Assembly (NCBI RefSeq): GCF_033153115.1
Contig: NW_026889758.1
Span: forward strand, 49,972,001 to 50,036,000
Source of the DNA: Saccostrea echinata
Lineage: Eukaryota
DNA: 64,000 nt
Reading direction: 5' to 3'
Positions 12,680 through 26,533 of this stretch are shown piece after piece. Position numbers and translations under genes: made by a program. Numbering within the stretch: position 1 is the stretch's first letter; each line of letters begins with the position of its first letter. The notes beneath the pieces are model-generated. The model was not told the DNA's origin. It worked only from the letters and a program-made list of their open reading frames with translations, and made no database searches.

Positions 12680-15525
12680 ATGATGATGGACGGATACAGG
12701 TAAGTCACAGGAGGTCCATAAGCAAGTTTCATTCGCTCATAATGAATTACATCATTGTAGAAACCTAATCAATTTTATAACTATGCTGATTTCAACCAAT
12801 TTTATCAAGACTTAGGTTGTGAGCTTGTTGTTACTTAACATTGTTATACAAATAGTTTTTTCTGGAACTGCTCTAATAAGAAAAAATAAAATTTGGTTCC
12901 CTTCTTTCGTAAGACAACTTTTTATAGGGTCATGTATATATGATATTAAGAATACATATGACCGGGCCTGGGCTGTGAATAAACTATGGTTATTTTTAGA
13001 AAGAATAACATTGAGAGTAGGACTTTCCCCTGGGAGAAAATCTCACAATAGAGCCAAAATTCCCCTCTTTCTTTTCTCAGATAGGTTTTCCTTCTTTTTT
13101 TTTTATCAATGCGTCAATCATATAGACAATATTTTGGCTAAAATTTTATATGACAATATTTTCAACTCAAAAATTTACAAATTTAGTAAAAAAAAGAAAA
13201 ACTTTCAAAAAAATAGATAAAATCATTTAGTATCAACCTAAAATTTTAATTTTAACTTATTGGAAATTGTACTATTAAACTCAATCAAAATGATAACACT
13301 CAATGTCTCTCGGCAAAATTAATATCAGGCCACACTCAGTGATTTTATAATTTGTTTTCCCTCTAAAAGCCCAGTATTTTATCTCAGGACCAATCCTTTT
13401 TACAACAAGTGTGTGAGAAAAATTCTGAAATTTATGGTATTGAAACGTTCCATTGAATAGAGAAGCTCTTCGAGGAAAGACAGAAATTCAAAACCCAAAA
13501 ACAAACAATACAGGAAACACTGCTTTTGCATGCCAAAACATAGATATGTCCCCTCGACCCTAGCAGTGCAGTATTAGATTTGAAAGCGGAGAACAAATAG
13601 TGCGAGATACTCTCCCAAAGGTTTGCAAAAAAATTACTAGTACCCAACTTTAATCCATATTATGTACAAATAGTTTGAAATACAATTGGAAAAAAAATCT
13701 TTGTCAGTTGTCAGTTTAAGCAAAAAACAAGCTTCGGTTATCTGTTTATAAGGAAAACAGTATGAAACATAGAATCCTTTTAAAATAAAAGTCACCTTTT
13801 TTTCTCTTGATTAATATAGTCAACATTTTGTCCAACCGAATACATTGTACCAATTGATTTTTAGAAACCATTTTGACCAGATGAAAAGTTTAGGATTTAA
13901 TTCTTCAAAAGAATTGGTTGGATTATAATATTTTAGAATCCCATACCTCGATTGTTTCAATGAAAGTGGTTGCCATTTTGAAGAAGGGACACTTATTAAA
14001 ATGTGCCGCCCATCCTCTCTAATACATAAGCGCAGTCATGATATTTCATTTTGGGAGAATTGGCTCGGGGGAAATCGCAGTCATAACTATTTCACAGAGT
14101 AAGATTTCCCCCTGGAAAATTGAATCTAATGTGGGATTTCTATGGGGGAAATCCTACACCAGAGCTCATTTTCCGATGGAAAATACTACTCTAGGGCCAG
14201 TTTTTCGGGGGAAAATATTTTTGAGGGGAAAACCTACTCTACAAGACTGTTCATTTCAAAAACGGATTAAAGCCAAAATTATAATGTAGTGATTTGGATG
14301 GTGGTTGTGTTTTATATTTACTACTTCATAATATTTTTTTCGCTTTCTGCTGTAATATAATGGCACCGTACTTATTTTAGAAGTAAACGTATTTTAGCAC
14401 CTTAACGCTATCTGCTTCTAATCCAATAACTCCTGTACACGCTAATTCACATACCCACGTGTTAAGATTCAAATTTCAAAAGTCATTCTCTCCTTTTATT
14501 TGAAATTTATTCAACAGCTGTTTGTTTTAGATGCAATATTTAATTTGACCTTGAATATTGACAAAATTAAGAAAATTGCTGAATCAGCAAAAGATGCAAA
14601 ACATGTATATTTTTAATGTCTATATTAAAACTATCTTTAGATCTGATATTTATGGGTTGGGTTGTTAAAACACTTAAAATGTATATCTTTATTATACCAA
14701 TGAGGAAGAATAATTTTAAAAGTATTTACATTTCATTTCAAGCCTCTTAAGATAAGTAATTTTTCTTCCTTCTACATGAAAATTGACCATTTGCTACGGA
14801 AATGACTTTGGCCAGGTAACCATAGTATTCATAAAGCAAATTTTTTTTTTTCATTTACATATAAAAGGATCATATTGCAAAAGAAATTCTACGTGTGGAA
14901 AATCATTAAGTTCTCATTAAAACTTTTAAACCAGTTTTAACTGATTTTCACATGAACTAGTACTTTAAACCAATACATGTCGTTTTTAATTCGCTAAGAA
15001 CTACGCACGCTATCTCTCGATTCCCGCCTGCATTTTACATCCATTTATTTCAAAGCTAAATGCAATTTGGCCATAAAATCTTTTTTGAATGCAAAGAAGA
15101 GTTCTATGGTAATTGATTAATAATTTTAATACCAGTTTCAAATAGTTAATTACTCATAATTCCAACTCTTTTTATAAGGGTAGTAGACAATGTTTTCCAT
15201 TGAAATCGGGCTTCAAAAGGTCACTAGATTTTAAAATATTCTTGGATATGGATAATTGTCCCTTAAATCTTCTCTTATTTTTAACTCATGTAAAATTAAA
15301 CATATATGATTAATAAAATACAGTGTACATTGTTTAAGTTGTAATCCCCTTTGAAATTGGAAAAAAATGCTGGTTTTTTTTTTTGTCTCTAAACACGAGG
15401 GGGGGGGGCTAAAATATTTTCCGTTTTCCATTGATTTCTATAGTGACAAACACAAGTACCAAAATCATATTTTTCTCCCTCTCTGTTTTCCCAAATAAAA
15501 TATGTTTTGTGAAAACCCATAGAAA

Positions 15526-15569
<44 letters not shown>

Positions 15570-18500
15570 TATATATATGTATATAACTTTTGAAAACTGA
15601 CTTGGAGGTAGGCAGCAGATTCAAGTTCAAATTTTTATTTAAGACAAAGACCCAACAGAACAATACTATCATTCGCAGTTCTTTTTGATTGCACTAATCA
15701 GATGATAACGAAGATTGCAATAAGTTTTTGAGTGCGTTTATTTATGTACGTTTAGAAATGTTCCACAGAAATCATTATAGTGAATAATGGAAACTCATAG
15801 CTTTATCAAAAGCAAAACTTGGGTACTGAGCACCATAGGACATTCATATTCTGTCTCAATTGGTCTATTTGATTGTTCCAAAACAAAAAATAAAAGCCAT
15901 AAAATAATACCCTTGTATTGCTTTTTTTATTTGAATACAGAGGAATGTTATAACTGTACCGTAAAATATTTCTTTGTAGTTTCCTTCTGACACTTATAAT
16001 TTCCCCTTTTGTGGATAATGTGTGGAAAGAAGGCAACAGAGAATGTACATGTACATGTATGAAAATGGCAAATTATTGTGCAAGAAATAAAGTACCTAGT
16101 AATGATTTGGAAAATCATAAAGATGCAGAGCCCATATGGAGGAAAAAAACTACCGACCAAAGCGACCGATTTGAGAATCATTTTACTGAGCTTTCAAATA
16201 ATATATCCCACATCATATCAGAGAACGAGCGAAGGGAACAAGATAGAAAAAGAAAAGAAGAAACCATTGATAAGACCATGCACAACCTGATGGGCATAAT
16301 TCAACAGATTCAGAAGGAGATCAGAGGAGACATGAAAAGGCTTAGGAAAGACATTGAAGAAAATTTCAATACCACTCAGCAACATTTTTCGAATGTGTCG
16401 GATAAAGTACGATTCCATACCAACATTGAAATTGACAGCATGAAAAGTTTTGTTCATGAGAAAGGTAATGATAAGAATAAATATTCAAGTGAATCTAAAT
16501 TATTTTCTTTCAACTTGTCTTCATATCATGTAAAGAAAAATAACCAGATTTATTTTATTTCAGTCTTCTACATATCTGTGGTATTTGTAATGGTATTGAT
16601 TATGATTGTTTTCCGATGTTTTTGCAAGCGACCGTCAAAGAATTTGGTATGTGTATAACATAAAAAGAACCATTTAATAAGATAAAAGTTAGAGAAATAT
16701 AAAGAAATTTAATGTCATATCAGGCATTCTGGGTATTCTTAGTAACAGAAAGATAAAAGTCTCTAACAATAGACACACTTTCATGAAATAACCAGTTCTA
16801 TTAAATATATTCTGACTCGAGTACATCTTTTATGCGAGCAGACATTCAAATTAAAGTTTCATTTGTATCTTTACAGCAGCAAGCACCGTTGAGAGACGAC
16901 GCAAAGAAACTTTCATATTTTGAAAATAATGTTGCTGTTGTTAGTTTTTCGGAACACAATGCAAACCTTCATCTAAAGATCGCAAAATCTGTGACAGAAG
17001 ATTTCAAATGCAATCAAATCATTCTGGGTGGAGTGAGAAATTTATCTGGTCTACAATTAACTTCAAAGGTGCGTGCATCTTATTTAACAAATCTTCTTAA
17101 TGCTCAGCTAAAATATTCATGTTAAATCTAGTGTATTAAAATATAGTACATACTCAGGTATATATGTTTATTCGGTGTATTTTTCTTTGTTGATATCCAT
17201 TGGAAATCTAAAACATTCAACCACCTTTGAACTCACTCTAAACCTTTTCATAGGACTAGAACACATAATAAGAACTACATCCCTTAAAATACATTGGGAA
17301 CACCATAGAATATAATTATTGATTTTGCTCACATTTTAATTGAAAACAAGTCATTGTGAAAAAAATTAACCATTTTAAGTTAAATTTTTTATCAATTTAT
17401 TTATTTTTTTCCACACAACATTCATTTACGTTTTCCTGTCAAAATTCAAAACGGCTCTTCGGTCTATTACCTACACCAGTTCTGAAAGGCGTTGATTCAT
17501 CATTCCTCTGCTCACTCATATAAAACATTTCCATTACGCTTATGATTTTCCAAAAGAAATCTTGTTTATAAATTATAATTTCAGCATACCTTGCGGGCAA
17601 AATTTTACAGAAATGGCTTGTTAACTTGACAGTTTTTTAAAGGAATAATTATTGTCATTTATAACAGTTAAAGTTATCCCTCTTATCAGAGTATCAATGG
17701 ACCTTAAATCTAAAATAAAGACAAATGAAACTAACAGGTTAAAAGATCACAGAACGTAGATATAAAACTGAATTATTACTTTGGATGTTGTCGGTCGTAT
17801 AACACAACACCTGGCTGTGCCGACAAATTATTATACCGCGTTAATACGTGGTATTCAATTTGTCGGCACGGCCGCCAGGTGCTGTTATACAAACAGCGAC
17901 ATAAAAAATGAAATATATGGAGATAACGAACAGTATTCAAGCTCAAAAGTCCATTATACAATACAAAATAGGAGCAGAGCAAACACGGACCTCCAAACAT
18001 CAGAGGTGGGATCAGGTGCCATGGAGGAGTGAGCATCCCCTGCCGACCGGTCACACCCGCCGTGTGCTCCTTGTCATGATCGGGAAATAATTCAATGCTT
18101 AAATAAAGTGATACAATTGAAAATGTCATATTTTTTCTTTCTTTTTTATTTTGACCCGTTTTTTATCATCAATAGGTTTGCTTCGTATTTGTGGATAAAA
18201 ATGAGAGGAATATCATTCTGGAAACAGACAATGATGTCTCACAGACAAAGTCTGATTTCGTCCAATCTATCATCAAACAAGGTGAACAAGATTTAGTTAA
18301 TGTTCCTCTGTTTAAAATATTGTAAATATTGTGTCTGGTAAATTTATTTTCATTTCATTTTAGGTTGTGAATAAACACTTGGTTTAATTCATACATTTTC
18401 GCAACATGATTTACTAACTGAAATCGAATTTTAAAAAAAATGAACTTCATCAATTCATTAGAGATACATGTGTATAAGGGGCAAAATACATGTACATTTG

Positions 18501-18923
18501 TATATCGATTTACTAGCTATGAGCACAAAAAAACGCATGGGTACATGTACTTGTTGTCAAGATGGACATTAAAGTCATTAACTGTTAAAAAAGTTAGCTG
18601 TTTTTTTTTAACGACAATTTATGATCATTGAAAATGAAAAATTATATTATTTTAATTTATATACAAAAAAAATAATCTTGATTACATACATGTATATGAT
18701 AATTATTTCCATTTTAGGTAACACACAAGTACTTGTTATTTATTGTCAACACGAGAATTCCAATAACCTGACGAGGCTTTGTTACCCTAACCTTGGAAAC
18801 GTCCAAAACCACAAAACGCTCAGTCAGCTGAGAAAACAAAACTGTGTGCTCAGTATCGAGTCAGAATTCTCCGCCTATCAGAAGGACTACCTCAGAATTT
18901 TCCTTAACGAAACACTTACTTAA
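12680..18923 (+). CDS. Uncharacterised single-pass membrane protein: coiled-coil ectodomain, TM helix, cytoplasmic alpha/beta (TIR/SEFIR-like?) domain, about 363 aa
   Basis: Phase-consistent GT-AG exons 15980-16464, 16564-16646 (TM VFYISVVFVMVLIMIVF followed by RCFCKR), 16877-17068, 18176-18281, 18718-18923 (TAA). First exon 12680-12699 (ATG ATG ATG GAC GGA TAC AG|GTAAGT) fits by phase but is tentative. Confidence 0.7.
13013..14248. mobile_element. Second, more degenerate copy of the 6974-8294 MITE family
   Basis: Left GAGAGTAGGACTTTCCCC and right GGGGAAACCTACTCTACAAGAC; the terminal few hundred bp align with 6974-8294, the middle differs. Confidence 0.75.
15525..15582. repeat. Compound (CT)n(TA)n microsatellite
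   Basis: Direct reading. Confidence 0.9.
17905..18090 (-). mobile_element. Penelope-like element 3' end remnant inside an intron
   Basis: CAGAGGTGGGATCAGGTGCC..GGAGTGAGCATCCCCTGCCGACCGGTCACACCCGCCGT shared with 3600-3670 and 54760-54815. Confidence 0.6.
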
Positions 18924-19599
18924 TTAAACTAATAATGACTATCAAGCAGCTTCGACGTGCACAAAAGATTCTTCGAAGCTGGGAGAGATGACCGAGATGA
19001 ATATCTGATAGTTATCTATTTAAAGAAAAATAATATTATAGTCTATGGGTAGCTTTAAAATCCTTACTTCAATAGAGTTGTTTGTTTTGTTCCATTAGTC
19101 TACACACAAATTTTTCAAAGATTTTAATGTAATTATGGGTAAAATAACGTGTTTTGAGGCACAGAATATTTAATTCGAGTGTTTACTCTTAATACTCTTA
19201 ATATGGATATACTGCTGTGATTAATAAATTAAAATTTAACTAAATTATGATTAGTTTTTAGATTAACTTTCTTATATTACGATATTAGTAGTGTCATATC
19301 GACAGTGAATCATCAAATATCAATGTTTCTTTCAACGACTGTAATCAAGGTAAGTTTGTATTAATAGTCGCTTTAACGTTGTTTAATTCACTTATTACAA
19401 GAAATTGCAAACCGTAGACTAGTGTGTGATTTAGAAGAGCACTACAGTGACTACCTAAGTGAATGCAGTCTTGATTTGTTTTTATGTCCTCTTTTAAAGG
19501 AAAAAAAACGAGCTATATTGTAAGTGAAATTTTAATTTACAAAATTCAGTGTTAATTTTTATATAAACTGTGCCAATCTTCAACACCAAGTCCAAATAG

Positions 19600-21114
19600 C
19601 AGGGATGGGGTAATCGTAATCGAGTAATCGTAATCGATTGTAATGAAAACTTTTTTTCAAGTAATCGACAGTAATCTGTAATCGAAGAGATTTTCGATTA
19701 CTTGTAATCGTAATTTAATCGATTACAGCTAAAAATTTCAATGTAATTATAATTACTTTTTCGATTACTTTCGATTATTTTATACATAAATGGGTGTTAT
19801 TTTGGAGAATTATTTCCAGTCAGTCACACATAAATATCAAGTATAAACCACCTAGTGTAATGTTTGGATTTCCTAACTTTTATTATCATAAGTTTAATAA
19901 TGTTCTCAATAAAATTTGCATTAATGACCTTTTGGTCTAGTATTAAATAATTCAGAAGTGTATTTCAACCCTTTAATAATAAAATATACAGATTTTTCGT
20001 GTGCATTTTACATTTGACCAACTGTCCTCTTGCTGCATGTCCTTTTTCATATTTTCAGATGTTGAAAAACTTTGTCTTTATTGTAATAGAAAATTATAAA
20101 TAGCAAAAACAGATTTAAAAGCTGTATTAAATATAAATAATTTGGTAAATAAACTACATTGTACTCGAAAAAATAAGAAGATGGAAATACTTGTCCATAT
20201 CTGAAAATGTTTAAACAACTTCAAACTTGTTTTAGTAACTTTAAAAAATTTGCAAAATCATTCTCATGTTTTCATTCAAAATTGTAAGGTTGCTTTTATA
20301 TCAGTAAGAGGTTATAAGTGTCTGTAAGAGAGGGAGTGTGTCACTGTGTTTGCTTATCTTGGCTAATTAATTGAATGAGACATCCTGATTTGCAGATAAT
20401 GAGGTGTAAACTGTGAACTACCTAGTGTTCAACTTTCATTCCATTCAAGACAAACAATGTTATTAAAACAATAACTCTCAAAACACTTATTTCAATACAG
20501 AATGAAATTGTGCTATTAGTTTCATTGCTTAAAGACACATTTAATTGACATGTTTATTACTAGGAATTCTAATTTACTTATTTTTTTGGAAAAAGACACA
20601 TACAGGAATGTTTAATGTGTACTATCAACATACGGACGGCCCAAATACTTCTAATGAAGTAATTCACAATAAAATATTAAATAATTTTTGCAACAAGTCC
20701 ATAAATATGGAGGTTCAGATCCATGGTTGATCCATGGTTGAAAGGAATAATTAATTCCATGGCAATTTTATTGTAGGAATCATGTCTCCACTTTCCATGG
20801 TAGAGAATCCCTCATTTGGGCATTTAGTGAGAATTTTAGCCAGAACAAAACCTTTAAAGAATCTGCACTGAAACTACACATTCAAACTTCAGTGGATAAC
20901 ATCAACATTTACCATTTAGATATTGCTTTGATATTTGAAGGGATAAAAACTTGGAAGTAATCGATTATTAATCGATTACATCTTCCAAAGTAATCGATTA
21001 CAATCGATAACAGGACAAAAATGAGTGTAATCGATTAATAATCGATTACACAAAATTCCTCTAAGTAATCGATTATTAATCGATTACATTTTACAGTAAT
21101 CGTGCCCATCCCTG
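19600..21114. mobile_element. hAT-type non-autonomous DNA transposon
   Basis: TIR CAGGGATGGG ... CCCATCCCTG; 8-bp TSD CCAAATAG (19592-19599) / CCAGATAG (21115-21122); clusters of palindromic GTAATCGATTAC near both ends. Confidence 0.85.
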
Positions 21115-21124
21115 CCAGATAGTG

Positions 21125-22890
21125 TTCAGTAATTTGGTGTTTTGAAGATTTGGAATTTTCATTTCCACTCTGAGGTCATATGGGGGTCAAAAATGACGTT
21201 ATTTTTTGCAAAACAATCCTGGTTCCCAGAACTCCTCTTACATTTTACGCAGTAACCAAATGGTCTTTTGGATCATGATTGTTGGTGTCTTGTTGTCATG
21301 CAATAAGGTTTCGGAATTTTCATTTTTAACCTGGGGGGTCAAATGGGGGTTGGAAAATGTCATTATTTCTATTTTAAAAAACACAAAATCCCAGAACTCC
21401 TCTTACATTTTACGCTGTAGCATGATAACCTTATGGAAGATTATTGCTGGTATTCAGTAGATGGTCAATAAGGTTTAAAAAGTAGATGGTCAATAAGGTT
21501 TAAAATTATTCATTTTCAGCCTCGAAATCACATAGAGTCAAAACATGACGGGTTTTTTTTTCTTTAAAAAAAAAATGGTTCCCAGTACTCCTCTAATATT
21601 TTACGCAATAGCCAAATCATCCTTTGAAAATTATTGCTTTTGTCCTGTAGTTTTGCAATAAGGTTTTGGAATTTTCATTTTCTTCCTCGGTGCAAATGGG
21701 GGTAAAAAATGACGTTTTTTTCTACAAAACAACCCTGGTTTCAAGAAGTCCTCTCACATTTAACGCAGTAGCCAAATTATCTTTTGAAAGATGATTGCTG
21801 GTGTCCTGTAGTTATGCAATAACATTTCGGGTTTTCATTTTTAACGTGGGGGTCAACTGGGGGTTGAAAAATGTCATTTCTTTTTTAAAAAAAACAATCT
21901 GGTTCCCATACCTCCTCTTACAATTTACGCAGTAGCCAAATGATCTTTTGGTCGATGATTGTTGGTGTCCTGTAGATGTGCAATAGGGTTTGGGAATTTT
22001 CATTTCCACCCTGGGGTCAAAAATGGCTGTTTTTTTTCTACAAAACAATCCTGGTTTCTTGAACTTCTCTTACATTTTATGCAGTAGCCAAATGGTCTTT
22101 TGGAACATGATTGCTGGGGTCTTGTACTTATACAATAAAGTTTCGGAGTTTTCATTATTAACCTGGGGGTCAAATGGGAGTTGGAAAATGTCATTTTTTC
22201 TATTTAAAAAACTCAAGATCCCAGAACCCCTCTTGCATTTTACGCCGTAGTGTAATAACCTTTTGGGAGATTATTGCTGGTATTCTGTAGATGGTCAATA
22301 AGGATTAGGAATATTCATTTTCAGCCTCAAAACCACATAGGTAGAAAAATGACATTTTTCCCTTAAAAAATATGTTCCCGGAAGTCCTATTACAGTTTAC
22401 GTAGTATCCAAAGTCTCTCTCAGAGGGTGATTGTTGGTGTCCTGTGGATTTGCAATATGGTTTCGGAATTTTCATTTTCGCCCTGGGGGCCAGTTTGGGT
22501 TTGAAAAAAATATGCACAAAAACCTGGTACTCAGTGCATTATGTCAGTGCAACAGGATTATATTTGCTTTAAGATTTTGAATCTCAACCATTATTTTACC
22601 TCACTTTCTAAAGAAAGTTCGACTATATTGTCGTTATCCTGGTCTGTCACACTTTCTTCTTCCTTAGACTCCTCTTACAATTTAAGCAGTAACCAATTCT
22701 TTTTTTGGAATGTGATAGTTTGTGTCCTGTGGATGTGCAATAAGATTTCCGATTTTTTTTTTCACTCTAGAGGTCAAACGGGGGTTTTGAACGTTTTTAT
22801 TTTTCCAGAAATCTCGTTCCCAAAACGCTTCATACATTTCTCCCAGTAATCAAATCGTCTTTTGGAAGGTAATTGTGGTGACCTGTAGAG
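21125..22890. repeat. Diverged satellite array, unit about 160-165 bp
   Basis: CCCAGAACTCCTCTTACATTTTACGCAGTAGCCAAA..GATTGCTGGTGTCCTGTAGATGTGCAATAAGG recurs near 21223, 21390, 21580, 21740, 21904, 22058, 22219, 22376; scattered monomers near 4400, 8930, 10350, 11030, 25320, 26290. Confidence 0.85.
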
Positions 22891-23515
22891 ATTTTCCGAG
22901 GAGGGGTAGTTGAAGCAAATATGGCATGGAAACAAGTAAATTGGAAGTATATTTGATTGATTCCAAAGTCAATAGAGGTCACCTGGGTGATTTTGAAAAG
23001 TCATCAGTTTACAGCTTTGGGCATATGATATCTTTCTCTTCCTTTTTTGTGTTTTATAAAAAGCAAATTTTCTTAAACTACTTTTAGAATCAGAATCTAC
23101 TTCATTACAATCTTTAATTTCAGACCGGTAAGTAAATTATTCTTTGAAATACTGAGAGGGCCATATGATCACCTGGGATTTCTATGCTCAATTAGATAGA
23201 ATTTGATACAAGTACATGTAAATTATAGAATAACTACTGGTATTGTAGCTTCTTAGCTACCCAAGTACAAGGGAACTAGCTTTCATTCAGATGCTTACTT
23301 ACTTGAGGGTATCACTGTCTAACGACAGCATCTAGTTAGAGTCTGCATTTTTATAAGCCCGCGCTTTACGCTTGATCGAACGGATATAATTTATTCTGGA
23401 CGAAAGCAAGATGGTCACTAACAGAAGCGTCTATTATTAGTGTGCCCGCATTCGGAAACTTGAATGTGATGTGAGAATTGGGTCGAGAAGCGTGCTTAAT
23501 TAATGTGTTTGAAGT

Positions 23516-23700
23516 TCAAGTCGGTTCATGAATATTATTAACGAAATTATGTGTTGAAATAATTTCTCGAATCATTTGCGTTTGTGGAGCATTAGGAAGA
23601 TCTATATTCACGTCATCTATCTCAATATCCCCGCTTGCCAATAAAACAAAAGCTAAGAAATTTACATATTTAATGTGCACATATTTCTTTACAATTAATG
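23516..23700 (-). mobile_element. Internally deleted LINE endonuclease-region fragment
   Basis: Translation 'VLLASGDIE' and 'HNFVNNIHEPT' match motifs flanking CR1/L2-group APE domains. Confidence 0.45.
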
Positions 23701-24604
23701 CCATGCAGTGAGTGGCCACTTTGAGCGTAATTTTTAGTAAATGCACATGGTAACACTAAAAATAAATATGTTATATATGTACCTCTTCCTGGTAAATAAA
23801 ATAGACCGATAGTAGCGCGATTGAATTACCTACAATCTACTTTGTGATACATTTCTAACTAGTGAGTAAATGGCTGCAATCAATTCCTGCCAGAGTTTTA
23901 ACTACTATAGAAAATTTCCGTAATTTGGTCATAAATTTAGTTGCATGAATAGAATTTGACTTTTTATCATGAAATTATAAGTAAAACATACAAAAATATG
24001 GGAAAATATATAACAAGAAAATAACAAAAACAGTTGTAACAAAAGTAGTATATACATGGAAGTTATGTCATAAACAAAACAAAATACATATGAGTAAATA
24101 AGAGTCGTCCAAAGTTTTAAAAAAGAAGAAAAACAACTAATTTCAAAGATTCTTAAAGGTTATGCGCAACATACATGTACTTTACAATGTACCTTTCCCA
24201 CTGATATTTTTTCAAAATATTCTTAATTAAAAATCATTTTATCATCAGATTTTCTTCGACAAAAAATCAGCATACATTACCAGGAGTTTTGAACAGTTAT
24301 CAAAATGATGAAAATCCTTGTAATTTTTAAAGAAAAATTAAGAAAAAATAGTTTTAGCTGGCATTTTCTCAAAATTTGATTCAAAGAAGTTGTGCATTAT
24401 TACAAGGCATCATGAAATTGCACGAAGGTTTCAGGGAATAAGAAAATGAAGTTCAATACCATGTTGCGTGTGTCTAAACTAAATGACAGGAGGATTTTAA
24501 TTAATTTTCGTGCAGATCAAAAATGTAATACAATATTTTGATAATCGAATACTTTTATAGAGGTAGATTCAAGGTCCAAATGTGTCATATATAGAGAATA
24601 TTAC

Positions 24605-24692
24605 ATACTAAAATCCATATTATATGTCATATCAGCCTTCGGGTTGATATGAGGCCCGAGGGTTATATGACATACGGTATGGATTTTAGTAT
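24605..24692. repeat. Short imperfect palindrome
   Basis: ATACTAAAATCCATA..TATGTCATAT ... ATATGACATA..TATGGATTTTAGTAT around a GGCCCGAGGG core. Confidence 0.75.
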
Positions 24693-25430
24693 TTTTATAC
24701 AGTTAGAGTAATCTGCCCTTGGATCTAATTTAAGATAAATTAAAATCTCCTGTCTATATTCAATTTATAATCATTTCAAACATTCTGAGCATTTTAATAT
24801 ATCAAGATAAATTGATATTGAACACTTTACACAAATGCAAACAACGGTGATTTCTGTTCACCACCTTCTTTGTTGTCTTTGAACGTTTTTCCTTGGAGTT
24901 TAAATGCCAGGTATACTATGTTGAAAAGGAAATAAATAAGCTAAATAATCACTCCCTTATACAATTTATTTTTTTCAATGTCCATAAAATATTTTGCTTT
25001 AGTCTATAGAGGGTCGGTAAGGTTCAAATGACGACAGTCCCTTGACGTTTAATTCTAATGCAATGTTTATACTGTCTGGACTTGTGTCACACGCCGGTAA
25101 ACCTTAATTCATGACTCATGTTATTATTATCAAAATGTAGAATGAAGATAAACATGGTCTAAGAATTTAAATTAAAAACTATTGATGACTTTTTAAGCGT
25201 GCCCACAATGCTTAAGGTGAGGATCAAAACTGCTGACAGGTGCATTTCAGGTGCACTTTATAAAGAAAGTTCGGGTATATTGTTGTTATTCTCGTTGTCC
25301 CTCCGTCCGTCTGTCACACATTCTTCTTCCTCTTACAATTTTTAAGTAGTAACAGCATTTGTGTCCTGTAGATGTGAATTTTCATTTTCATCATAGGGGT
25401 CAAATGGAGGTCAAAATAGCGTGTTTTTTA

Positions 25431-26272
25431 TTTATGCCCCCGTATCGAAGATTCGGGGGTATATAGTTTTTGCCCTGTCCGTCCGTCTGTCTGTTTGTCC
25501 GTTTGTCCGCAAAAACATTAACCTTGTCATAACTTTTGATTGGTTGGAGCTGTGGCTTTCATATTTCACATGTGTATTCTTTGGGTACCACCATATTTGA
25601 CCTTTGGACCTTGACCTTGGAATTTGACCCAGTTTTGCAAAATTTTACCAAACTTTAATCTTGGCCATAACTTTTGAACAATTGGTGCTAGGGCTTTTAT
25701 ACTTCACATGTGTAATTCTTGTGACAATACCTTTCTTTGGACACCAACAACTTTGACCTTTTCACCTTGACCTTGGAGTTTGATCTACTTTAGAAAAACT
25801 TAAACCTTGGCCATAACTTTTGAACGGTTGGTGCTAGGGCTTTCATACTTCACATATGTAATCCTTTTGACAAGACCTTTCTTTGGATATCAACAACTTT
25901 GACCCTTTGACCTTGACCTTGGAGTTTAACCTACTTTTGGAAAACTTTAACCTTGGTCATGACTTTTGAACGATTGGTGCTTCGACATTTATATTTTACC
26001 TGTGTATTTCTTGGGAGAAGTCCTTTCCTTGGGCACCATTAATCTTGACCATTTGACCATGACTTTGATGTTTGACATACTTTTGAAAAAACTTTAACCT
26101 TTTTTATATCTATTCAACGGTTGTTGCTAGGGCTTTCATATTTCACAGGTTTATTCCTCGAGACTAGACCTTACTCTGGGTACCAGCATATTTGATTTGC
26201 ATTTGAGAAAGTTTAACCTTTGCTAAAAGTTGCTATACGGGGGCATCAGTGTTTCACAAACACATCTTGTTT
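25431..26272 (+). mobile_element. Full-length non-autonomous Helentron (HINE-type) element with internal tandem repeats
   Basis: 5' TTTATGCCCCCG, GTCC/GTCT microsatellite, about five ~130-bp TTGACCTTGACCTTGGAGTT..AACCTTGGCCATAACTTTTGAA units, 3' CGGGGGCAT + GTGTTTCACAAACAC hairpin + CTTGTT. Confidence 0.85.
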
Positions 26273-26533
26273 TTTTACAGAAACCTGGTTCCCAAAACTC
26301 CTCGTACATTTTCCCCAGTAGACAAATCAACGTTTGGAAGGTAATTGGTGGTGTCCTGAAAAAATGTTTCCAAGGATGGGGTAGCTGAGGCAAATACATG
26401 TGTGACAGGAAAACAAATAAATTGAGAATTAAAGGTATACTTGATTGATTTCAAAGTCAATCGAGGTCACCATGTGAATTAAAAGCCCCACTCCATCCCC
26501 AAAAATATACTAATAAATGTATGAATACAATGT

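Noticed and set aside
12819-13220. 133-aa ORF
   Set aside because: Runs across a MITE boundary; no coherent protein features
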